Assembly (NCBI GenBank): GCA_016930515.1
Contig: JAFGGO010000046.1
Coordinates: forward strand, 1-28,135
Direction of reading: 5' to 3'
DNA length: 28,135 nucleotides
From: Promethearchaeota archaeon
GTDB taxonomy: Archaea > Asgardarchaeota > Lokiarchaeia > Sigyniarchaeales > SOKP01
Shown here: positions 17,406-26,000 of the stretch, piece after piece
Layout: each line of letters begins with the position of its first letter
Position numbering within the stretch: the stretch's first letter is position 1
The notes under the pieces: generated by a model
The model's input: only the letters and a program-made list of their open reading frames with translations
The model's database searches: none
What the model was told of the DNA's origin: nothing
Position numbers and translations under genes: made by a program

Positions 17406-18542
17406 TTAGTAAATTAGTATTCTTAAATTATTATGAGAAAAGAATGCGAAGGATTTATTAATTTGACCATGTTCTATGTAAATCTCTTGAGATTCACATT
17501 CTCTTACAAATTCTAGTAAAGAATCACTATCAGGATGATCGCTTAGTGATAAATAATAATCTACTGGAAATGCTTTTCGAAATGACGCATCAATTACCTT
17601 TCCAGAAAATATTGCGGTTTGCGCTCCATTCGAAATTAACTGTTCATAGGGCTTTTTAAACATTGTATATGGTGGTGCCAACAGAAGATAATCGTTTCTT
17701 CTTATTAATTCTCTCTTATCGTGATCGCCATAGGGTTCCCATTCGGGAAATAAAATACCGTTTCCCTCTAAAATTTTGACGACACTTGCGATGGTCTTAT
17801 CAAGGAGAATCAATTTATCAGGAGCCTCAATCGCTTGTAATAGAACCTGGCTTTTTCCAAAAGCGTATCCCAAAAGCATCAATGGCGTTCCCTTGAGAAA
17901 TTGATCGCTAATTAATGCGTTTATTTGGTGTAAGCTCTCTCTAAAAAGCGGAAATCGATAGCGTGGAGCACCAAAAGTGCATTCAGTTACGAGAATATCG
18001 CAATGGCGGGGTTTTAATCCCTTGATGATGCCCCTATTCTTTGGCAAGATTCGATCTTCAGTCATAAAATCGCTCGTATAAAAAATCGACTCGGAACCTT
18101 CGATGAAAAGGCTTAGAGAACCGTAAGCATGTCCGTTTTCCATGATCGTTATATCAACGCCATTAATGCTTATCTTTTGACGTCCTGACGAATTGTTACC
18201 TAAAATCCATAATTCTTCTGGGATCGAAAAACGGCCATGGGTCCTCAGTTCGGCAACTTCTTTCGTTATTTTTGATATGATAAATCTTGGAAGGGACGCT
18301 CCCTTTTGATGCAACTTGTCTAAATTTCTAGGGAGAGATGGAACGTGGTCCATGTGAGCGTGTGAGACGAATATAATGTCCGCGTGTGGATTCCAAGAAT
18401 CGACTGCTATTAAAACACAATCGATGTGAATGTATTTTCCAAATCGCTGGTCTTTACCAATATCGATGGAACTCCTTTTTATTTTATGCGATTTCGATAA
18501 TTGTTTCATTTCTTCGCAAAAACTTGCCAGATCGCTAAACAC
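17406..18542 (-). CDS. metallo-beta-lactamase fold, beta-CASP family nuclease
   Basis: SHAHMDH, GHAYGS, YTSDF, TECTFG, YAFGKSQ, LSDHPD, IEHG. Start codon uncertain. Confidence 0.9.
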   Translation of the reverse strand: MFSDLASFCEEMKQLSKSHKIKRSSIDIGKDQRFGKYIHIDCVLIAVDSWNPHADIIFVSHAHMDHVPSLPRNLDKLHQKGASLPRFIISKITKEVAELRTHGRFSIPEELWILGNNSSGRQKISINGVDITIMENGHAYGSLSLFIEGSESIFYTSDFMTEDRILPKNRGIIKGLKPRHCDILVTECTFGAPRYRFPLFRESLHQINALISDQFLKGTPLMLLGYAFGKSQVLLQAIEAPDKLILLDKTIASVVKILEGNGILFPEWEPYGDHDKRELIRRNDYLLLAPPYTMFKKPYEQLISNGAQTAIFSGKVIDASFRKAFPVDYYLSLSDHPDSDSLLEFVRECESQEIYIEHGQINKSFAFFSHNNLRILIY

Positions 18543-18599
18543 GTCAATGTTATAGTCATTACTTTCTCTCGTCTTGCATCAGACCTCGCTTTTTTAAAT

Positions 18600-19307
18600 T
18601 CAGCCGAAGCAATATTTTCGGCACTCGCAATCCACGCACTTTCCCTTATCTTCGGTCGGGAGCGGGATCGCCTCGGATTTCAATAATTTCTGAATTTTCC
18701 TCACGACCTCAATGCAGTCCATCTTGTCGTCAATAGCGAGCTCGTAATCCACGACTTGCTGGTCCTTGATGTAATATATCCGCGCTTTAGTAACGGCGAA
18801 GTCGAAGTTCTTTTCTATCAAGATCGCTTGAGCGACCACTTGCAATTTATGCGAGAAATTCAAGCCGTTTGGAGGCACGTTTCCAGACTTGATTTCGACG
18901 GGAAAGGCCGCGTTTCCGTCGTACTCGAAGTAATCTATCAGGCCTAACAAGCCCAAATCGGCGTCCGTCAGGAACACGTTGTAATATTTTTGAGAATATT
19001 CCTCGCTCGTCGAGTTTTTCATCTTTTGGAGTTCCTCGTGCTTTTTCTGACCGTACTCCATTTTATAAGTCTTTAACATTGGCGCCCTGAGCACGTGCCG
19101 AAAATACAGGATTCGATGGCAATAGGCGTATTGCCGCACGTCTTCCGTGCCAACCAGTGGTTGGTCGTATAAATTAAGTCCCGGATACAACGCTCGCAAC
19201 TCTTGAAATTGATACCTGTTCAATTGGTATTCTTTTAACGGACGCTCGTTTCCTTGGGCCATGTTAATATTCACTTCGGGTAGATTTTCCATTTTCTTTT
19301 TGTTCAT
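18600..19307 (-). CDS. cas4: CRISPR-associated exonuclease Cas4
   Basis: YAYCHR, GLIDY, PVEIKSG, QVVAQ, C-terminal CVDCECRKYC (Fe-S cysteines). Confidence 0.95.
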   Translation of the reverse strand: MNKKKMENLPEVNINMAQGNERPLKEYQLNRYQFQELRALYPGLNLYDQPLVGTEDVRQYAYCHRILYFRHVLRAPMLKTYKMEYGQKKHEELQKMKNSTSEEYSQKYYNVFLTDADLGLLGLIDYFEYDGNAAFPVEIKSGNVPPNGLNFSHKLQVVAQAILIEKNFDFAVTKARIYYIKDQQVVDYELAIDDKMDCIEVVRKIQKLLKSEAIPLPTEDKGKCVDCECRKYCFG

Positions 19308-19333
19308 TTCGTTTTATTTATGACGGGAATCTT

Positions 19334-19618
19334 TCACATCGACAAGAGGTCTTCGACTATCTTGTATCCTTCGCCAAATTTCGACTTGATCGTTACGACA
19401 TTCGCGTGGCATTGCTTGCAAACGGGAATGATCCGCACGTCTCCTGGCACCTTCTTGAGCAATTTTTCCAGCTTGAGGGCTACTTCTTCTGCCAAGTTTT
19501 TCGTGAGTTCTCCGAAGAAAACCGAAAAATTAAGCCGGACGAGGTTGTACGATAGTAAAATGTTTGAGATTTTCGTCCTCATGGGATCGAATTCAACGGG
19601 AATGTCGTATATTACCAA
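19334..19618 (-). CDS. cas2: CRISPR-associated protein Cas2 (true start may be ACG at 19627)
   Basis: VIYDI, RTKISNIL, RLNFSVFFGEL, DVRIIPVCKQC; lies between cas1 and cas4. Confidence 0.95.
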   Translation of the reverse strand: MVIYDIPVEFDPMRTKISNILLSYNLVRLNFSVFFGELTKNLAEEVALKLEKLLKKVPGDVRIIPVCKQCHANVVTIKSKFGEGYKIVEDLLSM

Positions 19619-19649
19619 GAATTTCGTTTTATTATCACCTCGATTTGCC

Positions 19650-20741
19650 TTACCAATTCATTTTAAACGGTTGATATTCGGAGGTCGCTCCAATAAGAAA
19701 GTTCGCCACTTTTCTCGCTTGCTTGACCATTGTTTTCTTGTAATTAATCCTTACTTGACCCTTGGTCGTTTCATTCTCCGTGGGAACTTCGGCTTGGTTT
19801 CCAAACAGCTCTTGAGAAGTGTCGCCTCCCATTATTTCCTTGCGAAGTTCCTTGTAAAATACTTTTCTGGGATCGTCCTTTAATTGATAGCCGCGAAACG
19901 TCTTTTGAAAATCATCTTTCTTGATAACGCCTTTCTGAAGCAACCTAACCACGAACCTATCTACGATGGGTTGCCTGAACTCTTCGAGCAAGTCGAGAGC
20001 GAGCGAAGGTTTTCCCGACCTGTCGCTATGTAGGAAGCCTCCGTAAAGTTCCAGTCCTGCCGCAGCAATGGCGGTCGTCACGTGTCCTTGAAGTAACGTG
20101 TATCCAAGCGAAAGCAACGAGTTCACGGGGTCTTGAGGGGGACGGCGCGTGCGTTCGAAGGTCCTGATATCTTTTGGCAGCGCAATTCCGTAATTCGTGA
20201 AATATATCGCAGCCGCTTTCCCCTCGATACCCATGAGTTCCATTCGGACATTCGCAATTCGCTCTCCTTTAGCCTTCGTCTTGGAGAACTTGAGCAAGGC
20301 GTCGATCATCGCGCCAAGCTTTCGGGCCGCCGCTCTTAAAGTAGCCGATTTGCCTGGTTTCGCTTTTTTTCGGTTTTTAGCCAAGTAGAGCAGCAACCTC
20401 CTCTTGTTTTCGATCGTGGAATACACGAATCTTATCGCCATGTGAAGCCCTCGCCAGTCGTCGTACGCCAGGGTTTGCTGGCGCCTCGTGAACACGGTGC
20501 CCACGCTGGCAAACGGCGTGAAAAGTCCAAACGGCTTTCCGAACGAGGTATAGACGATGTTTACGGCGTTCGAAGCCAAGGCGTATAAGGCTTGAGACGT
20601 GACTTGCACGCTTTTATCAACGATGATACTCTCGATTTCCCTGAGGGGAATCTCCACGGAAGGAGCGTTAAAAACGTCAAGCTTGATGAGTTCCTGCTTT
20701 TTACTTATTCTCGTACCAGGCGTTTCCAATATCACGTCCAT
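19650..20741 (-). CDS. cas1: CRISPR-associated integrase Cas1
   Basis: LMGIEGKAAAIYF, RTRRPPQDPVNSLLSLGY, GFLH, SLALDLLEEFR; RBS GAGGTGA. Confidence 0.98.
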   Translation of the reverse strand: MDVILETPGTRISKKQELIKLDVFNAPSVEIPLREIESIIVDKSVQVTSQALYALASNAVNIVYTSFGKPFGLFTPFASVGTVFTRRQQTLAYDDWRGLHMAIRFVYSTIENKRRLLLYLAKNRKKAKPGKSATLRAAARKLGAMIDALLKFSKTKAKGERIANVRMELMGIEGKAAAIYFTNYGIALPKDIRTFERTRRPPQDPVNSLLSLGYTLLQGHVTTAIAAAGLELYGGFLHSDRSGKPSLALDLLEEFRQPIVDRFVVRLLQKGVIKKDDFQKTFRGYQLKDDPRKVFYKELRKEIMGGDTSQELFGNQAEVPTENETTKGQVRINYKKTMVKQARKVANFLIGATSEYQPFKMNW

Positions 20742-20766
20742 TTTTCATTGTTCACCTCGCATTTTC

Positions 20767-22152
20767 TCAATAAAATTGCCTCCCAATCAATTCTTTCATG
20801 TTCAAGACAACCGGAGCTTCCCTAAAGCGGGTTTTCACGACGAGAAACGATCCCGCAGCCCATAAAACCTTTTGTATTTCCAAGACTTCGGTGCTTTCTT
20901 CCAGCTTCAAGACTTCAAATAGATTCAGGAGGCCAAATCGTTCAAGATATTCAAGATACGACTCGTCTGCACGATTTGCACGATTTGCACGATTTGAAAG
21001 ATTCGCAAGATCCTTGTCGATTAAAATCCGAATAATTTCAAGAACATCTGGCGAACTCGAATTTTTTCTCGAACTAATAGATTCCATCGCATTAAATCCG
21101 TCTTGAAGCGCCGTTTCCAATGTAATCTTGATTTCCTTATCGATGGGGGGAAAGTAATTAATGGTTTCTATTAATTCAATGTCGTCGAACTCAAGTCGTT
21201 GAACGAGCTTCTGAACCATGGTTCTTAACGGTCTTGACATCGCCGTTATTCGAGCTCTCAAGAAAGAAGAAACCTCTCGATTGACACGGTAATTTAGATA
21301 GGCGTGAAATAACCAATAGTGAAACGCTCGATGGATCCAAGCTTCGCTTGCCCGTAATTGCGAGTCAAGGAGCAGGGTAATTTGAGCGCGATTCCTGCCT
21401 GTTTCGTCATCGTCGTAAAATGTTGTTGATAATGCTTCTTGAATTTGTGGAACGATTCTTCGTAATTCTTCCAGGTTTAAAATGCGCTGACGATAACCAA
21501 GAATCACCCCAAAAAGACCCCCTACTTGTATCATCCGATATTTTATAGTGTCCCGCAAGCCAACAAGAATCACGACATGGTCGCCGTCCATTGAAATTAA
21601 ACCAATAGCGTGGTTCTTCAGGCAAGGGTTCGTTACTTCTCCATTGGCTGGAAAACCACAGCTCGGACGGAGAAAATCCTCGCACGGTTCTTTTTCCACA
21701 TCATTTTGGATTTCGCCTTGATGTTCAAGTTCTTTTTGAAATTTGGAGCCCTGAACGGCAATTATTTTTCTTTTTACGCTTTCCTGACATTTAAAATAAT
21801 CGTAATAAAGCCTGGAATGACATTCTTCGCACAGTGCCAACGGAACTCGGTTGTTATCAAAAATATCGTTTCCATCGATTCTTGTTTCGCACGAACCACA
21901 ATATTTTTCGGGAGAAAAACACGCTTGAATCGTGCCATAAAACAATCCCAGTTGAGAGGTATCTTCGCGAGCAGTTGCGTCCACGTGAGGAAAAAATCGG
22001 CCTATAAAAGGTTTATAGACCATTCGCTTTATAAGGTGTCCTGGATGATTTAATTTTAAAGCAGATTCCGCAAATTGGGACATTTTATCGCCCTTAAGTA
22101 CTTCAGATCCCTGAACAAGATCGCCTTCCCTTGATTTAATCGAATTTAACAT
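20767..22152 (-). CDS. Cys-rich hypothetical protein, divergent DUF2797-like
   Basis: KYCGSC...LCEEC...C...PCLKNH...KYRMIQVGG and C-terminal AAGSFLVV...VLNMKELIG parallel the DUF2797 layout as I recall it. Ends 25 bp before cas1. Confidence 0.55.
   Translation of the reverse strand: MLNSIKSREGDLVQGSEVLKGDKMSQFAESALKLNHPGHLIKRMVYKPFIGRFFPHVDATAREDTSQLGLFYGTIQACFSPEKYCGSCETRIDGNDIFDNNRVPLALCEECHSRLYYDYFKCQESVKRKIIAVQGSKFQKELEHQGEIQNDVEKEPCEDFLRPSCGFPANGEVTNPCLKNHAIGLISMDGDHVVILVGLRDTIKYRMIQVGGLFGVILGYRQRILNLEELRRIVPQIQEALSTTFYDDDETGRNRAQITLLLDSQLRASEAWIHRAFHYWLFHAYLNYRVNREVSSFLRARITAMSRPLRTMVQKLVQRLEFDDIELIETINYFPPIDKEIKITLETALQDGFNAMESISSRKNSSSPDVLEIIRILIDKDLANLSNRANRANRADESYLEYLERFGLLNLFEVLKLEESTEVLEIQKVLWAAGSFLVVKTRFREAPVVLNMKELIGRQFY
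20968..20996. repeat. in-frame 9-bp tandem repeat (TGCACGATT x3.2) encoding NRA-NRA-NRA
   Basis: Directly visible; an adjacent TTCAAGATA x2 at 20941-20958 encodes YLE-YLE. Confidence 0.85.
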
Positions 22153-22196
22153 CGTTTTACCCCCACACCGGTTTTTTCACGTCAATTTACACGCTA

Positions 22197-22907
22197 ATTA
22201 TCGACCACGGAAAGGATTTGTCCTTTAAAAGAAACATCAACTCCCCATTTTTCGATATTTTTAGCCGTCTCACGTCTCTTTTATCTTCTGGTTGATGCAT
22301 CGAACGTAATTGCTCACGCAAGACATGGCAGCATTACTTCGAATCCCTATCAATCCTACAAGATTAGTTAGACCCACTTCTTTTTTAAATTCCTGCAAGT
22401 TAACAACCTTAACAACTCGGGACGATTTGATTTTTTTTACCGAAATGACAAGAAAGTCGAGCCCTTGCGTTTTGCATGAGAAATTATCTTCGCATGACGG
22501 TCGAAAATCGTATTTAAATCTTATATATCGGTTCGAGCTTGACAGGGTAAAATTTCATTGATAAGAAAATACGAAAGCGAGCTTTGGTTTTCGCTTGAGA
22601 TCGTCCTCTTTTGGAGCGCCTAAGCTCGACTTGATGCATCGATCTTTGTTAAAATTCTTTATTCACCGGGTAATAATAAAGCAGTTAAAAAATCGTAAAT
22701 CCTCATGTCTCCGAGCAGATACTCAGTTATGTCAAGGTAAACCTCATCCAACTCGTCTTCAGCAGAATTTTCCTCGCACTCGTTTTCTTCGAGTACCTTT
22801 TTAAATATAGACGATACCTTGTAATGCTCGAAACGAGAAAAATTGGGCAATGCTCCATGAAAGGCTTTTTTAAGAGCGATAATAGTTTTCGCTTCGTCCG
22901 AAGCACG
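22197..22907 (-). pseudogene. possible decayed gene of unknown family upstream of the DUF2797-like gene
   Basis: Protein-like fragments in shifting minus frames (RASDEAKTIIALKK...LLLPGE; GLDFLVISVKK...; KEVGLTNLVGLIGIRSN; KNIEKWGVDVSFKGQILSVVDN). Composition resembles the neighbouring coding DNA. Confidence 0.25.
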
Positions 22908-22975
22908 TTATTTCAGGCATTAAATGGGTAGAATATCGCACGAGGATTGAAAAAGACAAGATTCCAAAGTTAGGA

Positions 22976-23044
22976 AAAAAGTCTTGTTAAGTGGTAAAAA
23001 ATTAAATAATACCTCGTCTATTCTTATATTATTATTATATAAGA
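22976..23044 (+). promoter_or_regulatory. leader (proximal part) of CRISPR array 2
   Basis: Homologous to the array-1 leader (54/69). A-tract followed by ATTAAATA at 23001-23008. Confidence 0.75.
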
Positions 23045-26000
23045 GTGGAAAAGTATAAAGCTTCAGAAAGAAGATTGAAATTGCTTAACTATTTCTCTCC
23101 CAAAAATATTTGGTGAAATGTGGAAAAGTATAAAGCTTCAGAAAGAAGATTGAAATATCCCTCGCTATTTAAGCTCGCACGCATCATTTTCTAAAGGTGG
23201 AAAAGTATAAAGCTTCAGAAAGAAGATTGAAATGAAAAATCGATACCAATAACTTTTAGGAGCGGCATTGTGGAAAAGTATAAAGCTTCAGAAAGAAGAT
23301 TGAAATCTTGACGCAGTAGGCGTTCGTGATGTTGATGTTGAGGTAGTGGAAAAGTATAAAGCTTCAGAAAGAAGATTGAAATCCTGCCGAGGCTCTTGAG
23401 TTCCAGCTTGTCAGTGAAGTGGAAAAGTATAAAGCTTCAGAAAGAAGATTGAAATCCTCTGGAATCTCCTCTGTCGCTTCGTCAAAGAGCTCGTGGAAAA
23501 GTATAAAGCTTCAGAAAGAAGATTGAAATGAAAGAACCTTTCCAAATTACCTCATTTCTCTCATCCAGTGGAAAAGTATAAAGCTTCAGAAAGAAGATTG
23601 AAATCAAAAATTTCTTAAAATATTGTCATTATCAAATTCGTGGTGGAAAAGTATAAAGCTTCAGAAAGAAGATTGAAATAACTGGACATGGAACAATTCT
23701 TCCTGATAGGTGACGAGTGGAAAAGTATAAAGCTTCAGAAAGAAGATTGAAATGCAACTGCAAACAAGGAACCAAAACCAAATTGGCTATGTGGAAAAGT
23801 ATAAAGCTTCAGAAAGAAGATTGAAATTTTGGTACGATAAACAGAAAATCTTGATCGCCCCATGTGGAAAAGTATAAAGCTTCAGAAAGAAGATTGAAAT
23901 AGCGCATCTACTAATTTACTCACGGGAATCTTAATTATGTGGAAAAGTATAAAGCTTCAGAAAGAAGATTGAAATCTGATCCCATGACACCTTGAACTTC
24001 TCCAAGCATTATGTGGAAAAGTATAAAGCTTCAGAAAGAAGATTGAAATAAATGCGAACAAGACATGATATTCATGGGATTAATACCAGTGGAAAAGTAT
24101 AAAGCTTCAGAAAGAAGATTGAAATAAACCCAAGAATTGTAGCTCTTCTTTTCTTGACTTCCAGAGGTGGAAAAGTATAAAGCTTCAGAAAGAAGATTGA
24201 AATATAAAATAGGGGATGCCGTCTATAAGAGCGCTGCGGGAGTGGAAAAGTATAAAGCTTCAGAAAGAAGATTGAAATAAAGGAAATACAGACTTACAAA
24301 AAAAAGATCAATTGATGGTGGAAAAGTATAAAGCTTCAGAAAGAAGATTGAAATGGTGAAAAAGCTTGCGATCAAGCGCAAGCCAGGACCGGTGGAAAAG
24401 TATAAAGCTTCAGAAAGAAGATTGAAATGAAATTGAAGAAGATGTGCGAAAAGGAAAGGGAATGAAAGTGGAAAAGTATAAAGCTTCAGAAAGAAGATTG
24501 AAATAGTGGGATTTCATTTACGAGAACCTCATGGGCGAGAGTGGAAAAGTATAAAGCTTCAGAAAGAAGATTGAAATTCCTCTAATTCTAGCGAAATATT
24601 GTCAAATTTTTTATCAAGTGGAAAAGTATAAAGCTTCAGAAAGAAGATTGAAATTGATTTTGACAAAAAGTTTTGAATATCTTTCGTTAATCCATGTGGA
24701 AAAGTATAAAGCTTCAGAAAGAAGATTGAAATCCTAAAACCCCAAACGTGCAACCGTTAAACATTGAGTGGAAAAGTATAAAGCTTCAGAAAGAAGATTG
24801 AAATTATAACCCCCTTTACCAATGGACGGATACGCAATGGAGTGGAAAAGTATAAAGCTTCAGAAAGAAGATTGAAATGAATCGTTTATGATGTGAGTTC
24901 CAAACCTATAATCGATCGTGGAAAAGTATAAAGCTTCAGAAAGAAGATTGAAATATATCGAATTTAACAAATCTTGAACGGAAATTCCGATTTGTGGAAA
25001 AGTATAAAGCTTCAGAAAGAAGATTGAAATTATTAAAGTTTCTTCCCGTAATGCCCGCTTTTAAACTAGTGGAAAAGTATAAAGCTTCAGAAAGAAGATT
25101 GAAATGATCCAGATTTAGCAATTTTAATAAATTTCCATTTTCCAGTGGAAAAGTATAAAGCTTCAGAAAGAAGATTGAAATCCTTCCTTAAACTCGCGTA
25201 AAGTAGGGTATTTCTTGGTGGAAAAGTATAAAGCTTCAGAAAGAAGATTGAAATTTACGGCACGATGTACGAGCATTCGGGAAGGCTCGCTCGTGGAAAA
25301 GTATAAAGCTTCAGAAAGAAGATTGAAATTTTTTATGTAGTTATATTTTCTCATTTTTTTTTACCACGTGGAAAAGTATAAAGCTTCAGAAAGAAGATTG
25401 AAATAATATGCTTTAGGAATTTTTGCCTTGTTTTTTATGGTGGAAAAGTATAAAGCTTCAGAAAGAAGATTGAAATAATCGAGAAACATTCATCCCAAAT
25501 TTATGATCGTCTAAGTGGAAAAGTATAAAGCTTCAGAAAGAAGATTGAAATCCGATTGCGCCCGCAAAACCAGAATATTGTTTGGACGGTGGAAAAGTAT
25601 AAAGCTTCAGAAAGAAGATTGAAATGAGAGTAATTTATAGAATCCAGGTGTCGCCCGAATTGTGGAAAAGTATAAAGCTTCAGAAAGAAGATTGAAATTC
25701 CAGTGCGTTCGTCTTGTAGAGCGTGCCCTCGCGCTTGTGGAAAAGTATAAAGCTTCAGAAAGAAGATTGAAATCAAACAAAAGGAGGAATTAATCCTCCA
25801 CTAATTTCTTTGTGGAAAAGTATAAAGCTTCAGAAAGAAGATTGAAATATACGCAATCACAGAATTCTGGGAGGGCATGAAATAATGCGTGGAAAAGTAT
25901 AAAGCTTCAGAAAGAAGATTGAAATACACAATACCTTGTGCTTGGACGGTTATCGAGACAACGTGGAAAAGTATAAAGCTTCAGAAAGAAGATTGAAATT

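Noticed and set aside
17406-18542. Calling the locus type VII (Cas14)
   Set aside because: The protein is only 378 aa with no evident C-terminal Cas10-like extension, and the Cas7/Cas5/Cas10d/Cas3' set is clearly type I-D.
8030-22053. Antisense or overlapping ORFs from the track (e.g. 8218-8628, 12665-13045, 14522-15031, 19320-19883, 21610-22053; also 4980-5339)
   Set aside because: Shadow frames of well-supported genes, with no recognisable motifs.
22139-22151. ATCGAATTTAACA matches array-2 spacer 26 at the DUF2797-like start (possible regulatory self-targeting)
   Set aside because: A 13-nt match with no extension; such hits are expected by chance in 28 kb.
24279-24317. Array-2 spacer 17 resembles the degenerate terminal repeat of array 1 (AAAAAAGATCAA)
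   Set aside because: Low-complexity A-rich match needing gaps; the spacer also reads as ordinary coding sequence (KGNTDLQKKDQLM).
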